From the NCBI GenBank assembly GCA_963778115.1, contig CAVZSV010000004.1:489904-553903 (forward strand): a DNA stretch of 64,000 nucleotides, written 5' to 3'. This document shows, in pieces, positions 46,018 to 55,866 of this stretch. Positions within the stretch are counted from its first letter, which is position 1, and every line of letters begins with the position of its first letter. Under the pieces are notes generated by a model. It did no database searches and was not told the DNA's origin. It saw only the letters and a program-made list of their open reading frames with translations. This DNA comes from an uncultured delta proteobacterium (GTDB taxonomy: Bacteria; Bdellovibrionota; FAC87; UBA2466). Position numbers and translations under genes: made by a program.

Positions 46018-47124
46018 ATGAAAGCTAATGCCAAAAAGCAGTCCGGGAACAAAAGCAAACGAACTTCGATGAAATCCTTCGATACCGAGAAGGGCTTGAG
46101 GTCTTTTAGTGACGCCACCAGTCAGGAGTTGGCCACGGTACTCGCCGCCATCGTCGGAGAGCTCGATTTTGCCCTGACCACCGAAAGCGTTCCCGCCAAA
46201 GAAAGAGCTACTTTCGTAGCCGTAACTGCCGCCGAACGCGCTTTAGCCCTTGCCCGAAATTTGCGTTACTTCTCGGTACACTCTCGCATGAATGTTCAAG
46301 TCGTCGACCTATCCCAGGTCCTGTTGGATACGGTGGAACTCGTCGAACGCGAGCTCGAACACGCCAAGATCAAAATTACAGTCCTTGCCGAAGCGTCGTC
46401 TTACGTCCAAGCGGATTCCGGCGCGCTTCAACAAACCCTTTTGAATTTGTTATCGCACGCGAAAGATGGACTCCCTAAAGGAGGACAGATAACCTTATCT
46501 TTGCGTCAGTCCGGAAAGCAGATCGAAATCCGGTGTGCTGACAACGGCCCTGGAATTCCAGAATCAGAGATGGACTATCTTTTTGAATCACCCTCTGGAG
46601 TGCGCACTCCCAATGCCGAGGGAGTTGCGCTTTCGGCCACCATCTCCCGATTAGGATTACGCGTCGCTAGAGCGCTTATCGAAACCCAAGGCGGAGAGCT
46701 CACCGTACAATCGCGCGAAGGCTTTGGAACCTCAGTGACGTTGCATCTACCGTTTGACGCCAAACTTCCCAAACCAACTCCGTTCCACGAAGAGCGTCGC
46801 TACCGCCGGATTCCCATTCAACTTCCGGCCAATCTGTTTTTGAGTAAAGGGCAGTCGACTATCAAATGCGAATTGGGAACCCTAAGCTTTGGCGGCTGCT
46901 ATCTCTTATTGAGCGGCCCCCAAAATGAAGTGTTGCCCGAACTCAATGATATCGTCTCCCTTAAAATCCACTACTTCGGTGAGGAAGCGCTTGAGATCTT
47001 TAAAGCCCGAATCGCTAGCGTCTCCTGGGCCGGGAATCGGTCGGGAATCGGAATCGAATTTCTCGAGCTCGATGGACGCGCTAAGAAACTCTTGGAAGCC
47101 ATTCTTAAAAGTCACAGTAGCTAA
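46018..47124 (+). CDS. Histidine-kinase-like ATPase fused to a C-terminal PilZ domain
   Basis: HATPase_c blocks LLNLLSHAKD, CADNGPGIP, GLRVARALIETQGGEL..GFGTSVTLHLP. Then a PilZ-like ERRYRRIPI...LSFGGC. Confidence 0.65.
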   Translation: MKANAKKQSGNKSKRTSMKSFDTEKGLRSFSDATSQELATVLAAIVGELDFALTTESVPAKERATFVAVTAAERALALARNLRYFSVHSRMNVQVVDLSQVLLDTVELVERELEHAKIKITVLAEASSYVQADSGALQQTLLNLLSHAKDGLPKGGQITLSLRQSGKQIEIRCADNGPGIPESEMDYLFESPSGVRTPNAEGVALSATISRLGLRVARALIETQGGELTVQSREGFGTSVTLHLPFDAKLPKPTPFHEERRYRRIPIQLPANLFLSKGQSTIKCELGTLSFGGCYLLLSGPQNEVLPELNDIVSLKIHYFGEEALEIFKARIASVSWAGNRSGIGIEFLELDGRAKKLLEAILKSHSS

Positions 47125-47233
47125 GTATTTATATTTACTTCGTATTTTAAGTAGTAGCCGCGTCAGTCTCTCGTCCCACGCAAATTCACTTTACGGCGGG
47201 AAGCGACTAAGCAATGCTGATTTTTCACACTAG

Positions 47234-48289
47234 GTGGATAGTCAAAAAATGAAGATTTGCTTCGTAGTTAGGTCTGTTTATAGCCAAATCGCAACGTACA
47301 CGACGACTCATTTGGCCTTCGAGGCCCACCGTCGCGGCCACCGCGTTTCCTATACTACCGTCAGTAGCCTTTCCTTTACCCACGATGAAAAAGTCCTAGC
47401 CACCGTCATTTCGCCGAGCGGTCCTTGCCATACCCGCACCGCTTTTCTGGAACAGCTCCGGGGAGATCAATCGGAACGAGAAGAGATTTGTCTAAGCGAC
47501 TACGACGTTGTGGTCTTGCGTTACAACCCTAATGAATCAGACGGCGATCAAGATCGTAGAATTAATCCCTCTTTAGAATTTGGGAGGCTGTTAAAACAGC
47601 AAGGGGTCTACGTCATCAATGATCCGTCAGGGCTCGCCAAAGCTTCTAGCAAAATGTATCTCTCCTCACTACCGGCTGAAATTCGGGCAAGAACGTTGGT
47701 GACGCGAAGTACGGTAAAGATTAAAGAGTTTTTGCGTGAATTGCGCAAGCCTGCCATCATCAAACCGCTTTCGGGATTCGGTGGCCAAGACGTGTTTTTT
47801 ATCCGCAACCAAAAAGAGATCAACATCAATCAAATTATTTCTACCGTCAGCAAGAACGGCTACGTCATGGCCCAAGAATATCTCCCCGCCGTAAAAAAGG
47901 GCGACAAGCGGTTGCTACTCGTTAACGGCGCGCCTGTATTCATTGGCCGGCAAGCTGCTATGTACCGCCGCATGTCCCCTAAAGGGGATATTCGTAGTAA
48001 TATGCATGTAGGAGGGACTCGTAAAAAGGTCGAGTTCACCGAGGTCGAGGCCCGGATTGCGGAAGCGATTCGGCCAAAGCTTATCGCCGATGGTCTTTAC
48101 TTCGTGGGTGCCGATATCGTGGGAAACAAGCTTCTCGAAGTGAACGTCTTTTGCCCGGGCGGAATTAACAATATTAACGAACTCTATGACATCAACGTGG
48201 GCGAATACGTTATCGAAGATCTTGAACGAAGAGCACGCCTCTGGAAAACACACTATAGAGGAACGGACAACGTCATTCGCGCTGTCTAA
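47234..48289 (+). CDS. gshB: Glutathione synthetase-like ATP-grasp enzyme
   Basis: AIIKPLSGFGGQDVFFI, AQEYLPAVKKGDKRLLLVNGAP, GDIRSNMHVGG, FVGADIVGNKLLEVNVFCPGG. An alternative ATG lies at 47249. Confidence 0.7.
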   Translation: MDSQKMKICFVVRSVYSQIATYTTTHLAFEAHRRGHRVSYTTVSSLSFTHDEKVLATVISPSGPCHTRTAFLEQLRGDQSEREEICLSDYDVVVLRYNPNESDGDQDRRINPSLEFGRLLKQQGVYVINDPSGLAKASSKMYLSSLPAEIRARTLVTRSTVKIKEFLRELRKPAIIKPLSGFGGQDVFFIRNQKEININQIISTVSKNGYVMAQEYLPAVKKGDKRLLLVNGAPVFIGRQAAMYRRMSPKGDIRSNMHVGGTRKKVEFTEVEARIAEAIRPKLIADGLYFVGADIVGNKLLEVNVFCPGGINNINELYDINVGEYVIEDLERRARLWKTHYRGTDNVIRAV

Positions 48290-48295
48290 ATATCC

Positions 48296-49381
48296 ATGAA
48301 AAAAACAATCCTGATTTTCTGCGGAGGGAGATCCGAGGAACACGAGATCTCTCTTATTTCGGCAAAGTGCGTTTTAGACGCTTTGGATCGCACGCGGTTT
48401 ACGCCAGTCATCGTCGGAATCTCTCGCGACGGAGTCTGGCATCTCAGCGATGAAAATAATTTTTATACGGGGGCAGTTAAGGCCGACGAGATTCGGTTAA
48501 ATACCCAGTCGCCCACCCCCTCTCTTTGGCCCAGCCCATCGCGACAAGGAAGAGGCCGCCTGGATGTGAGTGGTAGAACTATCGAGTTTGATGTCGTCTT
48601 TCCCATTCTCCATGGACCGCATGGCGAAGATGGAACGATTCAAGGCATGTGTGAAGTGCTTGGAGTTCCGTACGTGGGATCTAATCCCGGCGGATCTTGG
48701 ATCTGCATGGATAAAGCTCTCGCCAAAGAGATATGCACGGCTCAAGGTATTCGTGTCGCTGATTTCGAAGTCTTGGTCACTCGAAAAGAGTTAGATGCCA
48801 AAGCGAAAAAGATAGAGCGTCTGGGATTCCCTCTGTTTGTAAAGCCAGCGCGACTTGGTTCTTCAGTGGGAATCACTAAAGTGAAACAGGCTAAAGATCT
48901 GCCAGCCGCCGTCGACAACGCTTTTCGTTTCGATACGAAGGTAGTTATCGAAAAGGGAATCGATGCGCGTGAAATTGAATGCGCGGTGTTAGGCCTAAAC
49001 CAAGCTCCCCGAGTTGCCCTGCCCGGTGAAATCATCCCCTCCCCGCAAATCGAATGGTACACGTATGAAGCCAAATACCTTCTCGATAATGGAGCCCAAG
49101 TAGTCGTGCCGGCAAAGTTGGACGCTGCCACGACCGCCCGTCTTCAAGAATTTGCTAAACGCGCGTTTACCGCTCTCGAATGCGACGGAATGGCACGAGT
49201 TGATCTGTTTTTAGAAAAAAAGACGGGGGAGATTTACTTAAATGAAGCCAATACCATTCCCGGCTTTACTCCTATCAGCATGTACCCCAAGATGTGGCAG
49301 GCCTCAGGCGTGAGTTACTCGGATTTGATTTCGGAACTTATCGATCTAGCGTTTCGTCGGTTCCACAATATCGCGCATTAA
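48296..49381 (+). CDS. ddl: D-alanine--D-alanine ligase
   Basis: ILIFCGGRSEEHEISLISA, FPILHGPHGEDGTIQG, LFVKPARLGSSVGI, YLNEANTIPGFT. Confidence 0.9.
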   Translation: MKKTILIFCGGRSEEHEISLISAKCVLDALDRTRFTPVIVGISRDGVWHLSDENNFYTGAVKADEIRLNTQSPTPSLWPSPSRQGRGRLDVSGRTIEFDVVFPILHGPHGEDGTIQGMCEVLGVPYVGSNPGGSWICMDKALAKEICTAQGIRVADFEVLVTRKELDAKAKKIERLGFPLFVKPARLGSSVGITKVKQAKDLPAAVDNAFRFDTKVVIEKGIDAREIECAVLGLNQAPRVALPGEIIPSPQIEWYTYEAKYLLDNGAQVVVPAKLDAATTARLQEFAKRAFTALECDGMARVDLFLEKKTGEIYLNEANTIPGFTPISMYPKMWQASGVSYSDLISELIDLAFRRFHNIAH

Positions 49382-49469
49382 TGCCCTAGACTCTGCTCTT
49401 TGCCTTCGACCAGATCCCTTGATGGATTGCGGGTGACACGGTCCTATTGGCCCTCTAGAATAATCAGCC

Positions 49470-50801
49470 ATGTCGCCGGAACTATCTTCCATAGATTTTT
49501 CAACACGTCGCAAGGTGTTTCTTAACCGCTGTAAGGGAGGAGTTGCGATCTTTGCTTCAGCACGTTCTACCGTTCGTAACAGTGATGTCCATTACCCGTT
49601 CCGCCAAGACAGCAATTTCTATTATTTGACCGGGTTTGACGAGCCCGAGAGCATTGTCCTTTTAGCACCCGAGGCCGAGCATCCCTTTCAGATTTTTGTG
49701 CGGCCCCGCGATAAACATACGGAACTGTGGGAGGGAAAGATCACAGGGCCCGAAGCGGCAAAATTTATCGTCGGCGCCAATCGCGCCCACCCCTCAACTC
49801 CCGACGAAGTCTTCGATGAAGTTTTTTTTGAAGCCCTCAGACACGCCGAGTTTGTCTATTACCGTTTGGGAGTCGATCCCAAATTCGACAACCGAGTTTT
49901 AGCCCTCCTGTTTGAAGCCAAAAGACGCTTTGGGCGACGAAAGAACGCCCTTTGGACGATTCGAGATCCGGAAGAAATTCTTGGCGGAATGCGGCTTATG
50001 AAAAGTAAAGCCGAGATTGAACGCTTGCAGCTGGCGGCTTCCATAACCGCTGAAGCGCATATCACCGCGATGAAAGTTTCTAAACCCAACATGCACGAGT
50101 ATGAAGTGGAAGCTTTGCTCTATCACTCATTTCGGGTTCAAGGAGCAAAACGAGTTGGCTATCCCTCCATCGTGGCGTCTGGTTCTAATTCTTGTGTTCT
50201 TCATTACAACGCCAATAGCAGAAGGATGGCATCGGGAGACCTAGTTCTCGTCGATGCCGGAGCTGAATTTGATTACTATACGGCTGACATCACCCGATGC
50301 TATCCGGTGAGTGGCAGATTTTCGCAAGAACAGCGAGAGGTCTATGTTGCGGTGTTGAACGCTCAAAAAGCGTGTCTCAAATTGGCGCGGCCCGGAAAGA
50401 CACTTCCCGAAATCCACGCGGTGGCCTGTGAAGTGATAGTGGAAGAATTAAGACGGCTCAAAGTGATTAAAGGAACAAGTCACAGCCTTCTTAAGAAAAG
50501 AGCCTACGCCCCTTTCTTCCCTCACGGCACTTCGCATTGGCTCGGAATGGACGTTCACGATGTCGGTCCCTATTTTGTAAGCGGCTCCGAAAAATCGGTG
50601 AAGCTAGAACCGGGGATGGTGTTTACCATTGAACCCGGACTCTATTTTTCGCCCGACGGCAGTAATGCGCCGTTGCGCTATCGCGGTATTGGAGTTCGCA
50701 TTGAAGACGATATCTTGGTAACTCCCGGAGGATGCAAGGTGCTTACCGCCGGGGCTCCCAAAGAACTAGAAGAGGTGGAAAGCTTATGCAGCCAAAACTA
50801 A
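49470..50801 (+). CDS. pepP: Xaa-Pro aminopeptidase (M24B)
   Basis: AMP_N block YPFRQDSNFYYLTGFDEPE. Metal ligands in VDAGAEFDYYTADITR, HGTSHWLGMDVHD, FTIEPG. Confidence 0.85.
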   Translation: MSPELSSIDFSTRRKVFLNRCKGGVAIFASARSTVRNSDVHYPFRQDSNFYYLTGFDEPESIVLLAPEAEHPFQIFVRPRDKHTELWEGKITGPEAAKFIVGANRAHPSTPDEVFDEVFFEALRHAEFVYYRLGVDPKFDNRVLALLFEAKRRFGRRKNALWTIRDPEEILGGMRLMKSKAEIERLQLAASITAEAHITAMKVSKPNMHEYEVEALLYHSFRVQGAKRVGYPSIVASGSNSCVLHYNANSRRMASGDLVLVDAGAEFDYYTADITRCYPVSGRFSQEQREVYVAVLNAQKACLKLARPGKTLPEIHAVACEVIVEELRRLKVIKGTSHSLLKKRAYAPFFPHGTSHWLGMDVHDVGPYFVSGSEKSVKLEPGMVFTIEPGLYFSPDGSNAPLRYRGIGVRIEDDILVTPGGCKVLTAGAPKELEEVESLCSQN

Positions 50802-51139
50802 CAACTATTCTATTCTTTTTAGGCGCTATTCTCCTTGAAATCGGATGTTCTCACAAAGCCGTTACTACAAGCTCCGATGCTCAAAGAGATCTCCAAGCGA
50901 AATACGCTAATAAAGTCGGTGTTGCCCGCAAAGAAGACTTTGTCCAAGAATTCGGACCGGCCAATTGGTGCCGCGATGAGAGTGGAGAACAGACTTGCCG
51001 TTTTTACAAAAAGATTGCCACCGAGTGGATGGGATCGCCGCCCACCGATCGGGTACATCGGGAAACGTTTGACGAAGTCATTGCCACTTTCGATGTGAAC
51101 GGGACTTTGAAGACTTTCAAAGCGGCGGCCCAACGCTAG
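50786..51139 (+). CDS. Small lipoprotein
   Basis: MQPKLTTILFFLGAILLEIGC lipobox. The tracked ORF starts at 50732. Confidence 0.5.
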   Translation: MQPKLTTILFFLGAILLEIGCSHKAVTTSSDAQRDLQAKYANKVGVARKEDFVQEFGPANWCRDESGEQTCRFYKKIATEWMGSPPTDRVHRETFDEVIATFDVNGTLKTFKAAAQR

Positions 51140-52314
51140 AATACTAGCGACAAGCCAAAGTTAAGAACACTTCCCAGTAAGATGACGCCCCAACCGGGGA
51201 TTTTGAATCTGATAGCGATGAGCCCCAAAGCGATAAACAGCCCAAGCAACACAGGCTGAACGATCGTGTATTTGCCCAGGGTTATGGTCGCCCCTAAGAT
51301 ACAGCCGATGACCGTCGGAATGGCTCCTTGTTGAAAAAATGCCAGAAAGGGATGCCCTTTGAGTCGGTAAAAAACAAAGGGCATCACAAAGAGGATCAAA
51401 ATCGCCCCAGGGCTATACATGCCGACACAGCCGACAATCGCTCCTAACAGGCCCGCCGTTTTATAACCTACAAAAACGGAAGAGATAGTGACAGGCCCTG
51501 GAGTAATCTGTCCGAAGGCGATCCCATCCAAAAATTCTGGGGTAGACATCCAGTGGTAAATATCGACGACTTCGTGCTGAAGAACGGGAATGACGGCAAG
51601 TCCCGTCCCAAAAACCGTAAAGCCCGCTTTGAAGTGGATCCAAAAGATACTAAAGAGAAGACCCAAAGGAGCTATTGCAAGAGAGCGTAACCCGCCATCC
51701 ACCCGAAGCCTGAGTCGGGAAAACACCATCACCGCTCCCCCCGTTAAAATAATCACCGGCTCCCATCGCGGGATCCGAAGCATGAGAACGGCTGCGATGA
51801 GAACAAAGATCCAGGGCTGGACGTTTTTGACGTACGGCTTAAACATGCGCCAGATGCTATCAAGAATAATGACCAGCGCTCCAGTCTCCATGCCTTGGAT
51901 GATAGGAGTGAATCTGGGAAGTCCGGCCACACTCGAATAAGAGATGCTAAGAATTAAAATGAGGACAAAGGGAGGTAAAAGAAAAGCAAACCCCGCAACT
52001 AGGGCACCGATCCGACCTCGCACGTGATAACCCATCCACATCGCCATCTGGGAAGCAATGGGTCCCGGCAATAGTTTCGCAAAGACATAGCGCTCGTTAA
52101 ACTCTTCAAGGGAGAGCCACTTGCGCTTGTGGCTACACTCCTGCTCCATTAACGACACTAAAGCGATGGGGCCGCCAAAACCAATAGCGCCCAATCTAAG
52201 AAATAGAAGGAAAATTTCCGAAAATGATACTTCGCTCACTCCCCACCCCGAATTTACTACCTTACGACTTTTTGGGAGCCGCTTTCGGTTTTGCGTCCTC
52301 ATCATTGTCGGCAT
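51136..52314 (-). CDS. chrA: Chromate ion transporter (CHR), full-length fused form
   Basis: FLRLGAIGFGGPIALVSLMEQE...LLPGPIASQ plus a second repeat AFGQITPGPVTIS. The N-terminal extension overlaps the upstream gene, so the start is uncertain. Confidence 0.8.
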   Translation of the reverse strand: MPTMMRTQNRKRLPKSRKVVNSGWGVSEVSFSEIFLLFLRLGAIGFGGPIALVSLMEQECSHKRKWLSLEEFNERYVFAKLLPGPIASQMAMWMGYHVRGRIGALVAGFAFLLPPFVLILILSISYSSVAGLPRFTPIIQGMETGALVIILDSIWRMFKPYVKNVQPWIFVLIAAVLMLRIPRWEPVIILTGGAVMVFSRLRLRVDGGLRSLAIAPLGLLFSIFWIHFKAGFTVFGTGLAVIPVLQHEVVDIYHWMSTPEFLDGIAFGQITPGPVTISSVFVGYKTAGLLGAIVGCVGMYSPGAILILFVMPFVFYRLKGHPFLAFFQQGAIPTVIGCILGATITLGKYTIVQPVLLGLFIALGLIAIRFKIPGWGVILLGSVLNFGLSLVF

Positions 52315-52984
52315 TATTGAGCTCTTCCAGACGCTTTTGGAGTTTATCCAGAAGACCCGCGAACTTTCCGTCTTTTAAGAAGGCTGCTATTTGCTCGTTG
52401 ATATTTTCGCTATAGCGAAGATCGTCGTAAGCGATGTCATAGATAACCCATTTATCGCCTTTCTTTTGTAAAAAATATTCGAGGGGGACGGAGTCATCTT
52501 TGACAACAAATTTACACTTCACATCGGCAGTCTTGCCTTTAACGTCGATTTTAGTGAACTTGTAGCTAGTTCCTTCGGTCCAAAAAGAATCCATTCGCGA
52601 GTAAGCTGTTTTGGAGACAACCTTTCTAAGAAGCGTTTTAAATTTATCGCGATTAGCGACCGATTGCCTGTTCCAGTTGGAATTTCCTAAGCAGTCCTTA
52701 GCTATTCGATCCCAATCCACCCCGGCCTCGATAATATTTCTAGCCTTTTCATTCTCCCCATTTTTGCCCACCTTCTGGGACGCCTCGAATAGGGCTACCA
52801 GTTGATTTTTCACTTTAAGAGCCTCTCCGGTAAAGGCCTTCTCGCCCTTCTTTGGGGAGGTCGATTCTGCCGCCTTACTTTCTGGAGCGGGAGTTACTAC
52901 CGCGTTGGGCTTAGCCGCATCATCTGCGAAGCTACCCGAAGTGATTAAAAGAAGGCCAATTACCCAAAGAGTTAGTGTTTTCAT
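52262..52984 (-). CDS. MlaC/Ttg2D-like phospholipid-binding periplasmic protein
   Basis: Signal peptide. DWDRIAKDCLGNSNWNRQSVANRDKFKTLLRKVVSKTAYSRM is the MlaC-family pattern. Confidence 0.65.
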   Translation of the reverse strand: MKTLTLWVIGLLLITSGSFADDAAKPNAVVTPAPESKAAESTSPKKGEKAFTGEALKVKNQLVALFEASQKVGKNGENEKARNIIEAGVDWDRIAKDCLGNSNWNRQSVANRDKFKTLLRKVVSKTAYSRMDSFWTEGTSYKFTKIDVKGKTADVKCKFVVKDDSVPLEYFLQKKGDKWVIYDIAYDDLRYSENINEQIAAFLKDGKFAGLLDKLQKRLEELNNADNDEDAKPKAAPKKS

Positions 52985-53035
52985 AGGGTCGTATTATATA
53001 GGGACGAAAAGCTGCCCGTCTACTCTTAGGGAAGT

Positions 53036-54013
53036 TTAACCCAGAATCGATACCACTTTGGCAAGCACATCGCCTGCTGAGAGATTCAAAAGGCAGGCTT
53101 GGTAGCCATAAGGCGCCCGGCAGTAGGGCTTTTCGCAGGGGCTGCACTTTAACGATTCCGCACGTACCGCGTAGATTCTGGGGCCAAGCGGAGTGATATA
53201 AGAAGGGTCCCCGGGACCAAAGATAACCAGTGTGGGGGCTTCGGCCAACGTGCCTGCGATATGAGCAACTCCCGAATCGTTCGCGATAACTAAGGCGGCC
53301 TGTCCCACTAAAGATCTTAGCTCGGTGAGTGAAGTCTTACCGACGGCATTTTCGATTTGACGCTGCCCCAAATCGCTTACGAGCTCGCCCCAAGCACTTT
53401 CGTTGGCACTTCCCACAACGACAATCCGGTAATCGGGGTATCTTGCACTTAGCCGCGGTAAGAACTCTTGATGATACGGCCATTGTCTTAAAGAGATGGA
53501 AGCGCCCGGAGCCACTACGATCAGTTTCTCTTTAGAAGTCCCCACAGATAAGGGCGGGAGGCGCATTTCAACCGGTTTACCGGTCGCTAGCTCCAATAGA
53601 TCTAAATACAGCCGGGACTTATGTTTACCGCTCCGATTGGACGCCCACCTTAAACTATCGGTTAGCAGCAGCGAACTCCCCGACTGATCGAACCCCAGTC
53701 GGTAGCGAACTCTCGCTAGGAAAAAAGGCAGCGCCGCTGAATAGGAGGCCGGCAAGGAGAAAGAGAGGTCAAAGCACTCAGCCTTAAGTCGACGAGCCAA
53801 AGCCCTAGAACCTTTCCATCCTCTTCCTTCGATCGTTGAAAAGGTTAAGACTTGATTGAAGCAGTCCGGGTAGCCCAACTCTTGAAGGGCTTCGGATATC
53901 ACCAAACACACGTGATCATCGGGGTAGGCCGCGCGAAGACCTCGGTAAAAGGGCAGCGCCATTACATGATCACCCAACCAGCGCGGGCCACGCACCACGA
54001 TTCGTTTCGACAT
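53036..54013 (-). CDS. Glycosyltransferase family 9 (LPS heptosyltransferase-like)
   Basis: IVVRGPRWLGDHVMALP N-terminus. IANDSGVAHIAG C-terminal block. Confidence 0.8.
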   Translation of the reverse strand: MSKRIVVRGPRWLGDHVMALPFYRGLRAAYPDDHVCLVISEALQELGYPDCFNQVLTFSTIEGRGWKGSRALARRLKAECFDLSFSLPASYSAALPFFLARVRYRLGFDQSGSSLLLTDSLRWASNRSGKHKSRLYLDLLELATGKPVEMRLPPLSVGTSKEKLIVVAPGASISLRQWPYHQEFLPRLSARYPDYRIVVVGSANESAWGELVSDLGQRQIENAVGKTSLTELRSLVGQAALVIANDSGVAHIAGTLAEAPTLVIFGPGDPSYITPLGPRIYAVRAESLKCSPCEKPYCRAPYGYQACLLNLSAGDVLAKVVSILG

Positions 54014-54031
54014 GAAAGCGATTATTTCTGG

Positions 54032-54787
54032 TTAACGGCCTTGCGGCAAGGGCGAGCACAGAATGGCGCCCTTAATTTCTGCGGGATCGGTATGAAACGC
54101 TCCGTCCTCCAAAGACTGCATGGCGTAACCGAATTTCGCTGAGAACTCGCGCATGGCGGTTAGCCCTTCGGCCGAATCGGTTTCGACGACGAGCAAGGGT
54201 CGCTGTTCTCGCACTAGCCTTTCGGCAAAGCAAAGCGCGGATACCGAGTTACCGGTAAGATCCAGACGAATGAGATGCGGAATCGGAATCTCACCGTCTT
54301 GATAGGCTTCATCAAGGCTAAGTTGCCTGGCGCATACGGGCGGCTTAAAAGCTGTCTTTTGGGTCGGTACCCCGACTGAAGCGAACAGAAAGAGAATATT
54401 GTTACATCCGTTTAGCGTCGCATTGTCGTAGGTACGTAGAAAGTGCGATCGGTTCGGTTCGAAAGAGACGACAAAGCCGTCGACTCCCACAAAACGAGAA
54501 AATAAGACGGTCGAGACTCCCTCCGAAGAGGCGCAGTCCCAAACGGTCCAACCCGGTTGGCAAATTTCGGCAAGTGCTTTTGACGAGCGCGAGGTGTGAA
54601 CATGCTTCATTGACATACGATCCCCCAAATCATCCGAACGACGGAGCCACATTCCCCGACCCGGGCCCGAAAGCACTGGCAACGCTATTGGAGACTGGCT
54701 ATCTCCAAAGAGCTGGTTGAGTATTCGGTAAAACCCGACGCGCAGAAACGACACCGAGCGACCCTGAGTCGATCGTTCGTTGAACAT
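54032..54787 (-). CDS. FkbM-like methyltransferase (tentative)
   Basis: VWDCASSEGVSTVLFS...VVSFEPN loosely fits the FkbM family. Confidence 0.45.
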   Translation of the reverse strand: MFNERSTQGRSVSFLRVGFYRILNQLFGDSQSPIALPVLSGPGRGMWLRRSDDLGDRMSMKHVHTSRSSKALAEICQPGWTVWDCASSEGVSTVLFSRFVGVDGFVVSFEPNRSHFLRTYDNATLNGCNNILFLFASVGVPTQKTAFKPPVCARQLSLDEAYQDGEIPIPHLIRLDLTGNSVSALCFAERLVREQRPLLVVETDSAEGLTAMREFSAKFGYAMQSLEDGAFHTDPAEIKGAILCSPLPQGR

Positions 54788-54877
54788 AAAAAACCCCCTC
54801 GAATCTCTTTAAGGGTAGTTTGAAATTGTGCGTCAAATCGTACGAGGTTTATGGTATTTTCTTAACACAATGCATTA

Positions 54878-55588
54878 TTGAAATGGGGTAAGGGCTACCA
54901 AGTGACTGAAAATACAATGGAATATAAATTCCCGATCGCCACCTCGAAAGAACGTCTTACGGCCATGGTCTTGACCCTCTGCCTCTCGCTCATTCTTACC
55001 CCGGGCTTTCTCCCCTCGATCACCGAACTCTGGGAACATCTAGCGAAGTTGAGGAGCGGGGGGGCTAATGAAATCTATGAATGGGGACGTGAGTGGACAT
55101 TTCCTCTGTTTTCCTACGTGCTATTTCGATCGCTAGGAAGGCACGGAACGAAATGGAGTGTAGAGGCTCCCGCTTGGGATCTATGGAGGATCAGTATTTT
55201 GCCTTTGGTGATTGCTCTTATTTATGGACTGGTCCGCCGGTACTTCATGGCGCCGCTGGCAGGTCCCAACTGGATGTGGACTCTCGTCTGTATTCCGTTG
55301 GGAGAAGAGTATCTTTTTAGAGGGTGGTTTTATGGAATCGTATCGCGCACCCATGCGGGCAAACGGTGGAGTGCCACCAACCCCCTACCGGTGGAATTGT
55401 GGATGAGCGCTCTGGCTTTTTCGCTCTGGCATCTGCAAAACTGGGATTTTGCGGGGGCGCCAGTAACCTTGTTTCAGGTGGCGTATACCTTCTTCGTAGG
55501 CCTTTGGCTCGGCGTGCTTCGCTGGAAAACCAAAACAATGACAGCTCCGATACTGGCTCACTTCGCCATTAACGCGTTGGCCAGATAA
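54878..55588 (+). CDS. CPBP-family intramembrane glutamic endopeptidase (CAAX protease-like)
   Basis: Motifs GEEYLFRGW, FSLWH and HFAINA. Confidence 0.75.
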   Translation: MKWGKGYQVTENTMEYKFPIATSKERLTAMVLTLCLSLILTPGFLPSITELWEHLAKLRSGGANEIYEWGREWTFPLFSYVLFRSLGRHGTKWSVEAPAWDLWRISILPLVIALIYGLVRRYFMAPLAGPNWMWTLVCIPLGEEYLFRGWFYGIVSRTHAGKRWSATNPLPVELWMSALAFSLWHLQNWDFAGAPVTLFQVAYTFFVGLWLGVLRWKTKTMTAPILAHFAINALAR

Positions 55589-55618
55589 CTTCCGAGCGGT
55601 TCTGATAAAATAAGGAAG

Positions 55619-55819
55619 ATGAAACCCATTAGCCTTAGGCGTTCTGCTTCCGGTCAGGCCATCATTGAATACATCCTTATGGTGGTCATGCTAGCCGTTA
55701 CGATGGCGGTAGTGATCAGAAACTCCAATCGTACCGTCTACCAATATTGGACGGGATTAGTAAGACAAGTCGCGCGAGGATGTGCTGATTGTACGACGAA
55801 GACGGGGCCTAATTTCTAG
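55619..55819 (+). CDS. flp: Flp-family type IVb pilin-like protein
   Basis: 66 aa. SG/QAIIEYILMVVMLAV fits the G-xxxxEY Flp prepilin processing motif. Confidence 0.55.
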   Translation: MKPISLRRSASGQAIIEYILMVVMLAVTMAVVIRNSNRTVYQYWTGLVRQVARGCADCTTKTGPNF

Positions 55820-55866
55820 AGACTAGCGTTAGCCAGTGGCACTAGCTCTGTGATCTAGTTCTATAA

